From NCBI GenBank assembly GCA_039934635.1, contig JBDTLT010000005.1:19846-83845 (forward strand): 64,000 bases of DNA, written 5' to 3'. Each line of letters opens with the position of its first letter. Within the stretch, counting starts at the first letter, position 1. The position numbers were made by a program, and so were the translations under genes. The stretch comes from Acidimicrobiales bacterium. GTDB taxonomy: Bacteria; Actinomycetota; Acidimicrobiia; Acidimicrobiales; WLNW01. Positions 18,901-27,461 of this stretch are shown piece by piece. Below the pieces are notes generated by a model. That model searched no databases. It had not been told where the DNA came from and saw only the letters and a list, made by a program, of their open reading frames with translations.

Positions 18901-19563
18901 GCCTCGAAGGTCTGGCGCGTCGGGCGTCATGCCGCGCGAGCGGAACGCCGCTACGTCGCTGTCGCGTATCAGCGCGGCAATGTCCGCGTCTGAGAACGTG
19001 ACGATCTTGCCCAACTCGTGCGATGTGCGGAAGCCGTCGAAGAAGTGGAGGAATGGCACTCGTGATCGCAACGTCGCGGCGTGGGCAACCAGCGCGAAGT
19101 CCTGCGCTTCTTGGACGGAGCCGGCAGAGAGCATCGCCCAACCCGTGGCGCGTGCGTGCATGACGTCGCTGTGATCCCCGAAGATCGAAAGCGCGTGGGT
19201 TGCGATCGAGCGAGCGGCGACGTGGATGACCGCGGGGGTCAACTCACCGGCGATCTTGAACATGTTGGGGATCATGAGCAACAGGCCCTGCGACGCGGTG
19301 AACGTGGTCGCCATCGCCCCCTTTTGCAGTGCGCCGTGCAACGCGCCGGCGGCCCCCGCTTCTGACTGCATCTCGACCACATCGGGCACCGCGCCCCACA
19401 GGTTGAGTCGCTCCGCCGCGGCCCAATCGTCACAGTGCTCACCCATCGGCGAGGCGGGCGTGATGGGGTAGACCGCGATCACCTCGCTGAGGGCGTACGC
19501 GACGCGCGCGGCGGCCTCGTTGCCGTCGACGATCGCCTCGGCGTTGATGGTGATGGTCGTCAT
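15904..19563 (-). CDS. nifJ: pyruvate:ferredoxin (flavodoxin) oxidoreductase, single-chain NifJ type
   Basis: 1219 aa from ATG 19563 (GGAGG upstream). N-terminus DGNEAAARVAYALSEVIAVYPITPASPMGE. Two 4Fe-4S motifs (CIDCGMCTIVCP, CTGCGVCVDVCP). TPP motif GGDGWAYDIGFGGLDH. Confidence 0.95.
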   Translation of the reverse strand: MTTITINAEAIVDGNEAAARVAYALSEVIAVYPITPASPMGEHCDDWAAAERLNLWGAVPDVVEMQSEAGAAGALHGALQKGAMATTFTASQGLLLMIPNMFKIAGELTPAVIHVAARSIATHALSIFGDHSDVMHARATGWAMLSAGSVQEAQDFALVAHAATLRSRVPFLHFFDGFRTSHELGKIVTFSDADIAALIRDSDVAAFRSRGMTPDAPDLRGTAQNPDVFFQAREAANLHHLAVPGIVNEVFDELAERTGRRYGLVEYHGALDADRVVVLMGSAAGALEETVDNMVAAGERVGMVCVRLFQPFPSEALIAALPPSVRSIAVLDRTKEPGAVGEPLYLSVLAALTEAVDSDEPPFDRMPRVIGGRYGLSSKEVTPSMLKPVFDELSTERPKRHFTIGIYDDVTHLSLPIDAGFIHPRPVGEVQAMFFGLGSDGTVGANKSSVKIIGDNTSLFAQGYFVYDSKKSGSVTVSHLRFGPEPIRSTYLIDGADFIACHQFELLEHLRVLDHARPGATFLLNAPFGPDEVWDRLPVELQRQIIDKNIAFWVIDAYAVAREAEMGNRINTVMQPCFFQLAGVLPAGEAIAHIKAGIEATYARRGRAVIERNFEAIDHALANLHRVEVTGVATSERSNVVRIPDDAPTFVKQVTAVLLAGDGDLLPVSALPVDGTFPTGTARYEKRAIAKSIPIWDPEVCIDCGMCTIVCPHATIRMKVFNSDIAAAVPEGFLTKTFRSKDLAAHHLTIQNSPDDCTGCGVCVDVCPAKSKTEIGHKAINMEPMSLHGAIERDRWEHFLTIPDLDRDLLPHDSVKGSQVLEPLFEFSGACAGCGETPYIKLVSQLFGDRMIVANATGCSSIYGANLPTTPWTTNREGRGPSWNNSLFEDNAEFGLGMRLGLDAQDRLARTLLERLAPVLDNDLVRSILDNPQDSEPEIVHQRRLVERLQQCLEGVSGEQAADATRLASIASSLVRHGVWLIGGDGWAYDIGFGGLDHVLSSGRNVNILVLDTEVYSNTGGQASKATQRGAVAKFAAAGKATGKKDLGAIARSYGNVYVAQIAMGANELQTTKALLEADAWPGPSLVIAYSTCIAHGIDMSKSMTHQKDAVKSGYWPLYRFHPSDVDGGHPFKLDSKAPSVPVRDFVATEMRYAILERTNPSRARELSSTLQADIDERWRYYEQLATVQRTVPHGHIDPAIEPDVESDAGYRYESEDLA

Positions 19564-19659
19564 GGTGGGAGCCTCCCCAAGCCGTCGGCCCGGTCGCGAG
19601 GTGAGCGGGCCGGGCGCGCCCGGTTGTCCCAGGGTGCTTGCGCCGGGGCCGAGCACCTA

Positions 19660-19673
19660 GGGACCAAGGTCCC
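19660..19673. promoter_or_regulatory. 14-bp palindrome in nifJ / amidohydrolase divergent region
   Basis: GGGACC-AA-GGTCCC, perfect, about 100 nt upstream of the nifJ start. A second GC palindrome CCGGGCGCGCCCGG lies about 45 nt closer to nifJ. Confidence 0.3.
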
Positions 19674-19743
19674 GACCCCTGCCGACCACCACTGGAGAAA
19701 GGCGAAACTACGCTCCGTCGCGGACCGGGCACGAGGAGCATCG

Positions 19744-20973
19744 ATGGTCGACTACGACGACACCGTGATGAGCTACGCCACGGGCGAGCGGCCGCACCGG
19801 TTGCGGGCTGATCCGCCACCGCGCGAACGACACTACGAGTTCATCTCTGTCGACGACCATCTCGTCGAGCCGCCGACGACGTTCACCGACCGACTACCGG
19901 CCCGGTTCGCGGAACGCGCCCCTCATGTCGAACGGCGCGAGGGTATCGACTACTGGATCTTCGAAGGGCATGCCGCCCCCTTGCTCACCACCGACGCCCA
20001 CCAGAGCTGGGATGCCGCGCAGTGGTGCGTGGCCCCGGTCAACTTCGACGAGATCCGCCGCGGCACATGGGACATTCACGCCCGCGTGCGCGACATGGAT
20101 ATCGCCGGCATCAGCGCGTCGCTCAACTTCCCGTCGACGATGTTCGGATTCAGTGGGCAGCGATTCGCTCGGTTCGCCGACCCCGATCTGGGCCTGGCTT
20201 CGTTGCGTGCCTACAACGACTGGATGCACGAGGAGTGGTACTCGCCCTACCCGACGCGGATCATCCCGTGTCAGGTGACGTGGCTACCCGATCCCGTGCT
20301 CGCCGCCGCCGAGATCCGGCGCAACGCCGGCCGCGGGTTTCGCGCCGTGGCCTTCACCGAAAACCCCGAACGGCTCGGGCTCCCGTCGCTCTACAGCGGT
20401 GAGTGGGATCCGTTCTTCGCGGCTTGTGAAGAGACCGACACGGTGATCAATCTCCACGTCGGTTCGTCGTCGCAGACGTTGGTGCCTTCGAAGGACTCGC
20501 CGCCGCAGGTACTCGGCGCGCTGTTCCCCATCAATGCCATGCAAGCCTGCCTCGACTGGATCTTCGCGAAGATCCCGATGCGGTTCCCCGATATCAAGAT
20601 CGTGTTGTCCGAAGGCGGTATCGGTTGGATTCAAATGGTGCTCGAACGATTCCGCTATCAGCGGCACATCTATGTCGCCGACGGGCTCGGTCGTGAATGG
20701 GCCAACGAGGCGTACACGCCCGAAGAGTTGCTGCGCCGCAACTTCTGGTTCACCAGTTTCTACGATCCTCTCGCACTGACGCAGCGAGACGAGATCGGCA
20801 TCGATCGCATCATGCTCGAGTCCGACTATCCGCACGCCGATTCGACGTGGCCCGACTCACAGCAACGGCTGCAGGAGTGTGTGGGCTCGTTTCCCGCCGA
20901 CGAGATCGCAAAGTTGACGCACCAGAACGCAGCCGCGCTCTACCAATTCGCGCTCGCGACGCGAGTCAGTTGA
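19744..20973 (+). CDS. amidohydrolase family protein (Amidohydro_2 / ACMSD-like)
   Basis: Track ORF trimmed to ATG 19744 (AGGAG upstream). SVDDHLVEPP near the N-terminus and ESDYPHADSTWP near the C-terminus are typical of this metal-dependent hydrolase/decarboxylase family. Confidence 0.8.
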   Translation: MVDYDDTVMSYATGERPHRLRADPPPRERHYEFISVDDHLVEPPTTFTDRLPARFAERAPHVERREGIDYWIFEGHAAPLLTTDAHQSWDAAQWCVAPVNFDEIRRGTWDIHARVRDMDIAGISASLNFPSTMFGFSGQRFARFADPDLGLASLRAYNDWMHEEWYSPYPTRIIPCQVTWLPDPVLAAAEIRRNAGRGFRAVAFTENPERLGLPSLYSGEWDPFFAACEETDTVINLHVGSSSQTLVPSKDSPPQVLGALFPINAMQACLDWIFAKIPMRFPDIKIVLSEGGIGWIQMVLERFRYQRHIYVADGLGREWANEAYTPEELLRRNFWFTSFYDPLALTQRDEIGIDRIMLESDYPHADSTWPDSQQRLQECVGSFPADEIAKLTHQNAAALYQFALATRVS

Positions 20974-21784
20974 TCCGGGCGACGACCTCGAGGTACTCAG
21001 AGGGGACCGCGAGCGCGCCATTGGTGGCGCGGTTGCATTCGTCGGCCAGCGCGATGAGTTGGCGGGAGAATGATTCGCGTCCGGGCTCGTCCAACGCGCC
21101 CCACGCCCGCAGGACCGGCCCGTAATACGTCTTGAACGTGTCGAAGAGTTCGGCCGCCGACCGAAAGCGAAAAACGAAATGGCGACGCGTAATTTCGATC
21201 CGGGTGCGGCTGCCGAGCAGGTCGTCGAGACCGGCCTCTGTGCCCCACGCCAACGGCGACGGAACCCCGGCCGGTGGCGGTACGTGCGCACCCACGATCT
21301 TGAACATCCGGCCGACGAATCCCTCGGGGGTCCAATTGGCGAGCCCGACGGTGCCACCGGGACGGCACACCCGGACGAGCTCCGCCGCGGCGCGCGGTGG
21401 GTTGGGCACGAACATCACGCCGAACGTCGACAACGCGGCATCGAACGCACCGTCATCGAAGGGAAGGTTCTCGGCGTCCGCGACACGGATGTCCATCGCC
21501 AGACCTTCGGCATCGGCGCGGCGCCGCGTGCCATCGAGCAGTTCGGGAACGTAGTCGGTTGCTGTCACCGCGCAGCCCCGGCGCGCTGCGGCCAACGCGA
21601 CGTTGCCGTTGCCGGCCGCCACGTCGATCACCCGCGACCCCGCGGGCAGGTCGATCGCTTCGCACAGCGACTCGCCGACGATCTGCAATGTGGTGCCGAT
21701 CACGGCGTAGTCGCCGCTGGCCCACGTCGCCTGCTGGCGACTCTTGATGGCCTCGAGATCCTCGGCGGTCATGGTGGATGTCAT
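20966..21784 (-). CDS. class I SAM-dependent methyltransferase
   Basis: Motif I is VIDVAAGNGNVALAAARRG. The ATGA overlaps the upstream gene's stop. Confidence 0.85.
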   Translation of the reverse strand: MTSTMTAEDLEAIKSRQQATWASGDYAVIGTTLQIVGESLCEAIDLPAGSRVIDVAAGNGNVALAAARRGCAVTATDYVPELLDGTRRRADAEGLAMDIRVADAENLPFDDGAFDAALSTFGVMFVPNPPRAAAELVRVCRPGGTVGLANWTPEGFVGRMFKIVGAHVPPPAGVPSPLAWGTEAGLDDLLGSRTRIEITRRHFVFRFRSAAELFDTFKTYYGPVLRAWGALDEPGRESFSRQLIALADECNRATNGALAVPSEYLEVVARIN

Positions 21785-22359
21785 TGCGTTGCCTTTCCGT
21801 TCGTGACGTGGCGCCCACTGAAGGCGACCAGTTGTTCCAACACGCTCGCGGCGGCCGGCACTTCGGTCTCTGCGGCGAACGTGTCGCCGTCGCGCATGCC
21901 GGGCGCGAGCGCCTGGCGGGCGAATGCGTCGACTTCACGCACCAACTCATCGCGCGGCGTGTAGCGCTGGCCCGTGGCGGTCGCGAGATCCCATCCGTGG
22001 ACGAGACCATCGAACGCAACGAAGCGGGCGAATACCGAGCCGGGCACCTCGCCGAACGGAGCGGCGATGATTCGCTCGGCTGCGCCATCGGAGTGCACCG
22101 CGTCGAGCAGGTCGGCCATCGCCGCCCGCCAACGATCCTGCAGCGTTCCTGTCGGGGCGGTCGTGCCGGGCGAGGCCGGTTGACCCTCACCGCGAAACAG
22201 AGGAGCGAACGCAGTGGCTCCGCCGATCATGTGCTCGAGCACGCCGCCGACCGTGAAGTTGGTGCACGGCGTGCGGCGGTCGATCTGCTCGGGCGAGATG
22301 CCATCGACGAGCCCGTGCAATACGGGCATGAGTTCGTCGAGTTGTTGGGCTCCGTCCAT
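21781..22359 (-). CDS. DinB-like / TIGR03086-type metal-binding protein
   Basis: Start placed at ATG 22359 (AAGGAG 6 nt upstream). RTPCTNFTVGGVLEHMIGG and VHGWDLATATG are characteristic of this family. The frame stays open upstream to 22575. Confidence 0.7.
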   Translation of the reverse strand: MDGAQQLDELMPVLHGLVDGISPEQIDRRTPCTNFTVGGVLEHMIGGATAFAPLFRGEGQPASPGTTAPTGTLQDRWRAAMADLLDAVHSDGAAERIIAAPFGEVPGSVFARFVAFDGLVHGWDLATATGQRYTPRDELVREVDAFARQALAPGMRDGDTFAAETEVPAAASVLEQLVAFSGRHVTNGKATQ

Positions 22360-22688
22360 TGGCGCTCCTTGTTGTTTCACGTGGCTGTGTTGGGTGATCG
22401 CGGCCGCCACTGCTTCTCGATCACGGCCGAGCGTCATGAGCAGCTCGGCCCGCGACATGTTGGGGGCAGTGGCGTCGGTGCGATCGGGCATGGTGCCATC
22501 TTGCGCTCGTTGCACGACTGCCGCATCGGGAAGATACGCCGTTATGTCATCCACAGCTTGGCGTGAATTGCCCACGCGCTGTCTCCGGGCGCGCCGAAGT
22601 TGGCGGACGTGCCCGATGCGGGCGCGGCCACCGCCGACCCACGATCAGTACGCGAACCGGGCAGCCGCCCGACGACAAGGAGACACCG

Positions 22689-23057
22689 ATGCATTTCACC
22701 GAGAAGGAAATCCCTGTGGAAATGGAGCTCGACGGGATCGAGACCCGCGGCATCGAGTGCGGGGACATCTACACCCGCCACATCCGGCTGCCGGCCGGCG
22801 TGGACTTCACCCCGTTGTTCGTCGGGCTTCCTGACGACCGTTGCCAATGCCCGCATTGGGGCCAGGTAATCGAAGGATCGATCACCCTGCGTTATGCCGA
22901 CGGCACCGAAGAGACGAGCCGTGCCGGCGACGTCTACTACTGGCCCGCCGGTCACACCGGATGGACCGACGAAGGCGTGACGTTCCTCGAGTTCAGCCCG
23001 ATGCGCGAGATCATGCCGGTGCTCGACCATCTCGCCCAGCAGCTCGCCGCCGGTTGA
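22689..23057 (+). CDS. cupin domain protein (122 aa)
   Basis: Track ORF trimmed to ATG 22689 (AAGGAG upstream). HWGQVIEGSITLRYADG...GDVYYWPAGH has a cupin-like beta-barrel pattern. Confidence 0.7.
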   Translation: MHFTEKEIPVEMELDGIETRGIECGDIYTRHIRLPAGVDFTPLFVGLPDDRCQCPHWGQVIEGSITLRYADGTEETSRAGDVYYWPAGHTGWTDEGVTFLEFSPMREIMPVLDHLAQQLAAG

Positions 23058-23104
23058 GGCCCGGGCTGTATCGTCAAGGCGCATCCGATGGCAGGGTCGA
23101 GGCG

Positions 23105-24760
23105 GTGGCTGATCTGACGGACAACCAAGTCGACGGCGGACGCAGTCGCATCGAGCAGGCGCAGGCCGCGCTCGACCGCTGCGCGTGGGCCGAGGCCCGC
23201 GACCTTGCGCTCACCGCGGTTGTCACCGAAGCCCGTCACGAGGCCGATCGGCTCGATGTCGTGGCCGAGGCATCGTGGTGGCTCGGAAGCCTCGACGATT
23301 GCATCGGGGCCCGCGAGCAGGCGTACGCCCGCTACGAAGCGCTGGGCGATCAGGTGAGCGCGGGCCAATGCGCCGTGTGGCTCTACGAGCACCACATGAT
23401 CAAGACCCGCACGGCGATCGCCGGCGCGTGGCTGCGGCGGGCCCGTCGCGCCCTCGACACCCAGCCCGGTACCGAGGCGTTCGGTGCATTGGTGCTTCGC
23501 GAAGCAGAGCTCGCGCACGGCAGCGGCGATCTCGAGCGCGCGATGTCGCTCGCCCGGACATCGCTCGACCTCGGGCGGCGGTTGCCGTCACTCGACCTCG
23601 AGGCGCAGGCGCTGCAGACGATCGGCCGCGTGCTCATCGACTCGGGACAGTTGGCCGAAGGGCTCGGCCATCTCGATGAGGCGATGTTGTCGGCGGTCGA
23701 AGGTCGGCTCAACGCGTACACGACGGGCAAAGTGCACTGCAGCATGATCAGTGCCTGCGAGCAGCTCGGCGATCTTCGCCGCGCCGCGGAATGGACCGAC
23801 GCCACTTCGCGCTGGGCGGAAACCCACCCGTTGGCGATGTGGCCGGGCATCTGCCGCGTGCATCACGCTTCGCTGCTGCATTTGCGGGGCGATTGGCAGG
23901 CGGCGGAGCGCGAGGCGCGCCGGGCGTGTTCCGAGCTCGATGGGTTCCACCTCGGCAATCTCGCGGCCGGTTACACCGAGATCGGCGAGATCCGGCGCCG
24001 GCTCGGTGACCTGCAGGGTGCGGAAGAAGCGTTCGCACAGGCCGAAGCGATCTGCGGCCAGCAGAGCGCCGGCCTTGCGCTCGTGCGGCTCGCCCAAAAC
24101 CGCATCGACGCCGCGACCGCGATCGTTACCCGGCTACTCGGCGAGCAGACGTGGAACGAGCTCAACCGGGCCAAACTGCTCCCCGCCCGCGTGCAGATCG
24201 CGGTCGCAGCCGACGATCTCGCCACTGCCGACGCGTCGGTTAGCGACCTCGAACGCATCGCAGCCGAGTACAAGAGCCCGGCGTTGTCGGCCGCCGCGTT
24301 GTCGGCGCGCGGACGACTTCAGCTCGCACAGGGAACCACCGCCGATGCCTGCGCGACGCTGCAACGGGCCCTGCAGCAGTGGACCCAGCTCGAAGTGCCC
24401 TATGAGGTTGCGACCGCCCGGCTGTTGCTCGGCCAGGCCTGTCGCAACTGTGGCGACGAAGATGGCGCGAGCCAATCGTTCAAGCACGCGGCCGACATTT
24501 TCGACCGATTGGGCGCAGCGATCGATGCCCAGCAACTGCGCGACCTCACGACGCGATCCAAGCTTCCCGCGGGCCTCACCGAGCGAGAAGCCGAAGTGCT
24601 CGGCCTCGTGTCGTCAGGATCGACCAATAAAGAGATCGCGGTGGCGCTCCACCTCAGCGAGCGAACGGTAGCCCGGCATTTGTCCAACATCTTCACCAAG
24701 ATCGGCGTCACGTCGCGCACCGCGGCCGCAACGTTCGCCTACGAGCACGACCTCCGGTGA
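23105..24760 (+). CDS. LuxR family transcriptional regulator with long TPR-like N-terminal region
   Basis: C-terminal LuxR HTH: LTEREAEVLGLVSSGSTNKEIAVALHLSERTVARHLSNIFTKIGV. No Walker A motif seen. The start (GTG 23105) is my best guess after the cupin stop. Confidence 0.8.
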   Translation: MADLTDNQVDGGRSRIEQAQAALDRCAWAEARDLALTAVVTEARHEADRLDVVAEASWWLGSLDDCIGAREQAYARYEALGDQVSAGQCAVWLYEHHMIKTRTAIAGAWLRRARRALDTQPGTEAFGALVLREAELAHGSGDLERAMSLARTSLDLGRRLPSLDLEAQALQTIGRVLIDSGQLAEGLGHLDEAMLSAVEGRLNAYTTGKVHCSMISACEQLGDLRRAAEWTDATSRWAETHPLAMWPGICRVHHASLLHLRGDWQAAEREARRACSELDGFHLGNLAAGYTEIGEIRRRLGDLQGAEEAFAQAEAICGQQSAGLALVRLAQNRIDAATAIVTRLLGEQTWNELNRAKLLPARVQIAVAADDLATADASVSDLERIAAEYKSPALSAAALSARGRLQLAQGTTADACATLQRALQQWTQLEVPYEVATARLLLGQACRNCGDEDGASQSFKHAADIFDRLGAAIDAQQLRDLTTRSKLPAGLTEREAEVLGLVSSGSTNKEIAVALHLSERTVARHLSNIFTKIGVTSRTAAATFAYEHDLR

Positions 24761-24785
24761 CCGCCAGCACGCACCCGACCTTCCT

Positions 24786-24836
24786 CGTTCTCGCTGTCAA
24801 ACGTCGCGAATAATCCGACGTTTGACAGCGAGAACG
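24786..24836. terminator. perfect 21-bp stem / 9-nt loop hairpin downstream of the LuxR gene
   Basis: CGTTCTCGCTGTCAAACGTCG-CGAATAATC-CGACGTTTGACAGCGAGAACG. It begins 26 nt after the stop at 24760. There is no U-tract after it, so its role (terminator or protein-binding palindrome) is uncertain. Confidence 0.5.
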
Positions 24837-24963
24837 GGCGGTGTTCACCGGGGGCGCCCGCGATGGGTCGATACGGGGCGCGTCTGAGGCGCCGTCGAAG
24901 CGGCGCGCCGAGGGCGATGGCTATGAAATACTTACGCCGCGTTTTCGATCGATGGGAGCAAGC

Positions 24964-25839
24964 ATGAGTAGCGACCAGACCGCGACGGTGGCACGGGGGT
25001 CATTGTCCTTCCCGCCCTTGAGCCCGACAGTTGCGGTTCCTCCCACCAAGATCGCCGAGGACACTTGGGTACTCCATCAAGTGCAACCCGCGCTCGGCCA
25101 GCCGCTCGACATCTACATCAATTCGATGGTGATCCGCGGGTCTGAGCCCGTCATCGTCGACACCGGAACTCCGGCGAATCGCAAGCAGTGGCTCGAGGAT
25201 GCGTTCGCGCTCGTCGAGCCGAAGGACGTGAAGTGGATCTTCCTTTCGCACGACGATGTCGACCACACCGGCAACCTCGACGAGGCATTGACGGCGTGTC
25301 CCAACGCCACCGTCGTGTGCAGTTGGGCCATGGTCGAGCGCCACTCGAATTGCTTCGACTTCCCTCTTCACCGCTGTCGCTGGGTGACCGACGGTGAGTC
25401 GTTCGACGTCGGCGATCGCTCGCTGGTCGCGCTGCGCCCACCGGTGTTCGATTCGCCCACTACAAGAGGCCTCTACGACCCGAAGACCAAGGTGTACTGG
25501 GCCGTCGACACCTTCGCGACGCCGCTGCCCGACAAGTCGATGGGCATCGCGGATCTCGATCACGACTTCTGGTACTTCGGCTTGATGTTGTTCGCGCTGG
25601 GTGCGGTGAGCCCGTGGATCACGTGGTCCGATCCCGCGAAGTACAACAAGATCGTCGACCGCGTGCAGAGCCTTGACATCACGACGATCGCGTCGTGTCA
25701 CAGCCCGGTCATCGAGGGCGAGTTCATCGCGAAAGCGTTCGACCGCATACGGCAGCTGCCCACCGTCGATCTGCCCGAACTGCCGGACCAATCGGTACTC
25801 GATCAGATCATCGCCGCCACCTCGCAAGCGCCCGCGTAG
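24964..25839 (+). CDS. MBL-fold metallo-hydrolase
   Basis: Trimmed to ATG 24964 (GGGAG upstream). The FLSHDDVDHTGN motif is an HxHxDH variant. Confidence 0.75.
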   Translation: MSSDQTATVARGSLSFPPLSPTVAVPPTKIAEDTWVLHQVQPALGQPLDIYINSMVIRGSEPVIVDTGTPANRKQWLEDAFALVEPKDVKWIFLSHDDVDHTGNLDEALTACPNATVVCSWAMVERHSNCFDFPLHRCRWVTDGESFDVGDRSLVALRPPVFDSPTTRGLYDPKTKVYWAVDTFATPLPDKSMGIADLDHDFWYFGLMLFALGAVSPWITWSDPAKYNKIVDRVQSLDITTIASCHSPVIEGEFIAKAFDRIRQLPTVDLPELPDQSVLDQIIAATSQAPA

Positions 25840-25883
25840 CGACCGGGGGTACCGCGGGAGTATCACCCTCGTAGTAGGGGCGA

Positions 25884-26366
25884 TCAGCCTTTGCATTCCT
25901 TCTCGACCCACGCGTCGACATTCGCGTTTGCTTTCTCGAACTCGGGCGAATCGAAGACGGCGTTTGCTTTTTCCATCGCTGTGATGAGGTTGGCGTCAGG
26001 CATCGCGCCGGGCTTGTAGCCGGCGTCCTTCAGCGCCTTGGCGTAGGACGTATAGGCGGCGGCCACGACCTTGAGATCCTTTTGAATCGCGGCCGGTGCG
26101 GAGCCGGCCCATTTGTTGAGTTCGGCGACAGAACTCTCGAACTTCTTGTCGTCGCCACCGAGCATCAGTGTCAGGCTCGATGACGCCGCGACGAATGCGT
26201 TCGACCCCGCGACGCAGTCGGCGCTGAGCGCCCCCAACCCCGCAGGCGAGCCCGAAGCGGAGTTGGCACTGCCGGATGTGCTCGTGTCGCCGCTGTCGCC
26301 GCAGGCTGCGAGCACCACTAGGCACAGCGCGGCCGCGCTTACACGTCTCCATCGTGCCTTGAACAT
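25884..26366 (-). CDS. secreted lipoprotein of unknown function
   Basis: Trimmed to ATG 26366 (MFKARWRRVSAAALCLVVLAACGDSGD: signal peptide plus lipobox), followed by a Ser/Gly-rich linker. Confidence 0.7.
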   Translation of the reverse strand: MFKARWRRVSAAALCLVVLAACGDSGDTSTSGSANSASGSPAGLGALSADCVAGSNAFVAASSSLTLMLGGDDKKFESSVAELNKWAGSAPAAIQKDLKVVAAAYTSYAKALKDAGYKPGAMPDANLITAMEKANAVFDSPEFEKANANVDAWVEKECKG

Positions 26367-26465
26367 GCCGCCGCGTTCGATCGGGCGGCCGACGACCCTT
26401 TCAACCGATGAGACCCGAGACTCCATAGGCACCCGCAACCGTTCACCGCAGCGGCGGTCGACACC

Positions 26466-27461
26466 CTAGATCTGGGGTTGGCGTAGTCGAGGAAGTATCT
26501 CGGCGCCGATGCGCGTGATCTGTTCGCGTACTGCGGCCGGGCCGATGCCGGGCAAGTTGAGTCGCAGGCTGAGGCAATCGGCGTGCGTCGCGTCGCGCGC
26601 GGCGATGAGGAGGTCAGCGAGCTCGCCTGCGTCGCGGTGCACGACCATCGAGTCATCGGCGGTGATTCGCTGATGTGTGGCACCAGGAGTGAAGGCTTGA
26701 TAGCGCTGCACGTCGTCGGCTGCCGCTGACGACGGCGCCTCGCCCAACCACGCGCGCCGGCTGAGTACGATCGCGCCGTGGCCACCCGCAGCTCGGTATG
26801 TGTCCGCGAGCTCGACCGACCACGACAGCGGCGACAATCCGTCGAGCATGATGCCGGCGCCGGCCTTTGCCGCGAGCCGCACGCCGAGCTTGGTGGTGGT
26901 CGCGCTCACGACCGGCACAGGGTGGTCGCGGCAGTATCGCACCGCGCCGTCGTCGGCGAGCGCACCCGCGGCAGCACCGCTCATCGCGCGAACCAACTGG
27001 CCCAGCGCGGCGCGATAGCGGGGCGACCGTTCTTCGAATGGCACACCGGCAATCTCGAAGTCGGCGGGAGCCGCGCCGACGGCCACTCCGAGGCCTACTC
27101 GAGTCGGGAAACGAACCGCGAGCCACGCCGCTTCTTCGGCCACGACGCCTGTCGGTCGCAACGGCAACAACAACGGACAGGGCGCGCCCCATGCGTGTTG
27201 TGTCTCGGCGAGCGCCCAGCCGATGAACTGCAACGGGTTTGGGATGTAGCCCGGCAACCCGGCGTGATGCTCGCTGATGAGGAACCCGTCGAAGCCTTCG
27301 CGATCGACCAGCCGAGCGTCGTGCAGCATTTCTGCGACGATCTGTGCCACGGGCGCGTCGTGCGGCGAGAGCAGCACCGCGACACTGCCGCGCTGAAAAG
27401 GTTGGGTGTTGGTCACGGCGGCCAACGTAGCCCTTCGCCGCCAGGACGACTGCTCAGACAA
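26466..27461 (-). CDS. LLM-class (luciferase-like) flavin/F420-dependent oxidoreductase
   Basis: FDGFLISEHHAGLPGYIPNPLQ is typical of luciferase-like monooxygenase-fold proteins. The start may be GTG 27416 instead of TTG 27461. Confidence 0.75.
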   Translation of the reverse strand: MSEQSSWRRRATLAAVTNTQPFQRGSVAVLLSPHDAPVAQIVAEMLHDARLVDREGFDGFLISEHHAGLPGYIPNPLQFIGWALAETQHAWGAPCPLLLPLRPTGVVAEEAAWLAVRFPTRVGLGVAVGAAPADFEIAGVPFEERSPRYRAALGQLVRAMSGAAAGALADDGAVRYCRDHPVPVVSATTTKLGVRLAAKAGAGIMLDGLSPLSWSVELADTYRAAGGHGAIVLSRRAWLGEAPSSAAADDVQRYQAFTPGATHQRITADDSMVVHRDAGELADLLIAARDATHADCLSLRLNLPGIGPAAVREQITRIGAEILPRLRQPQI

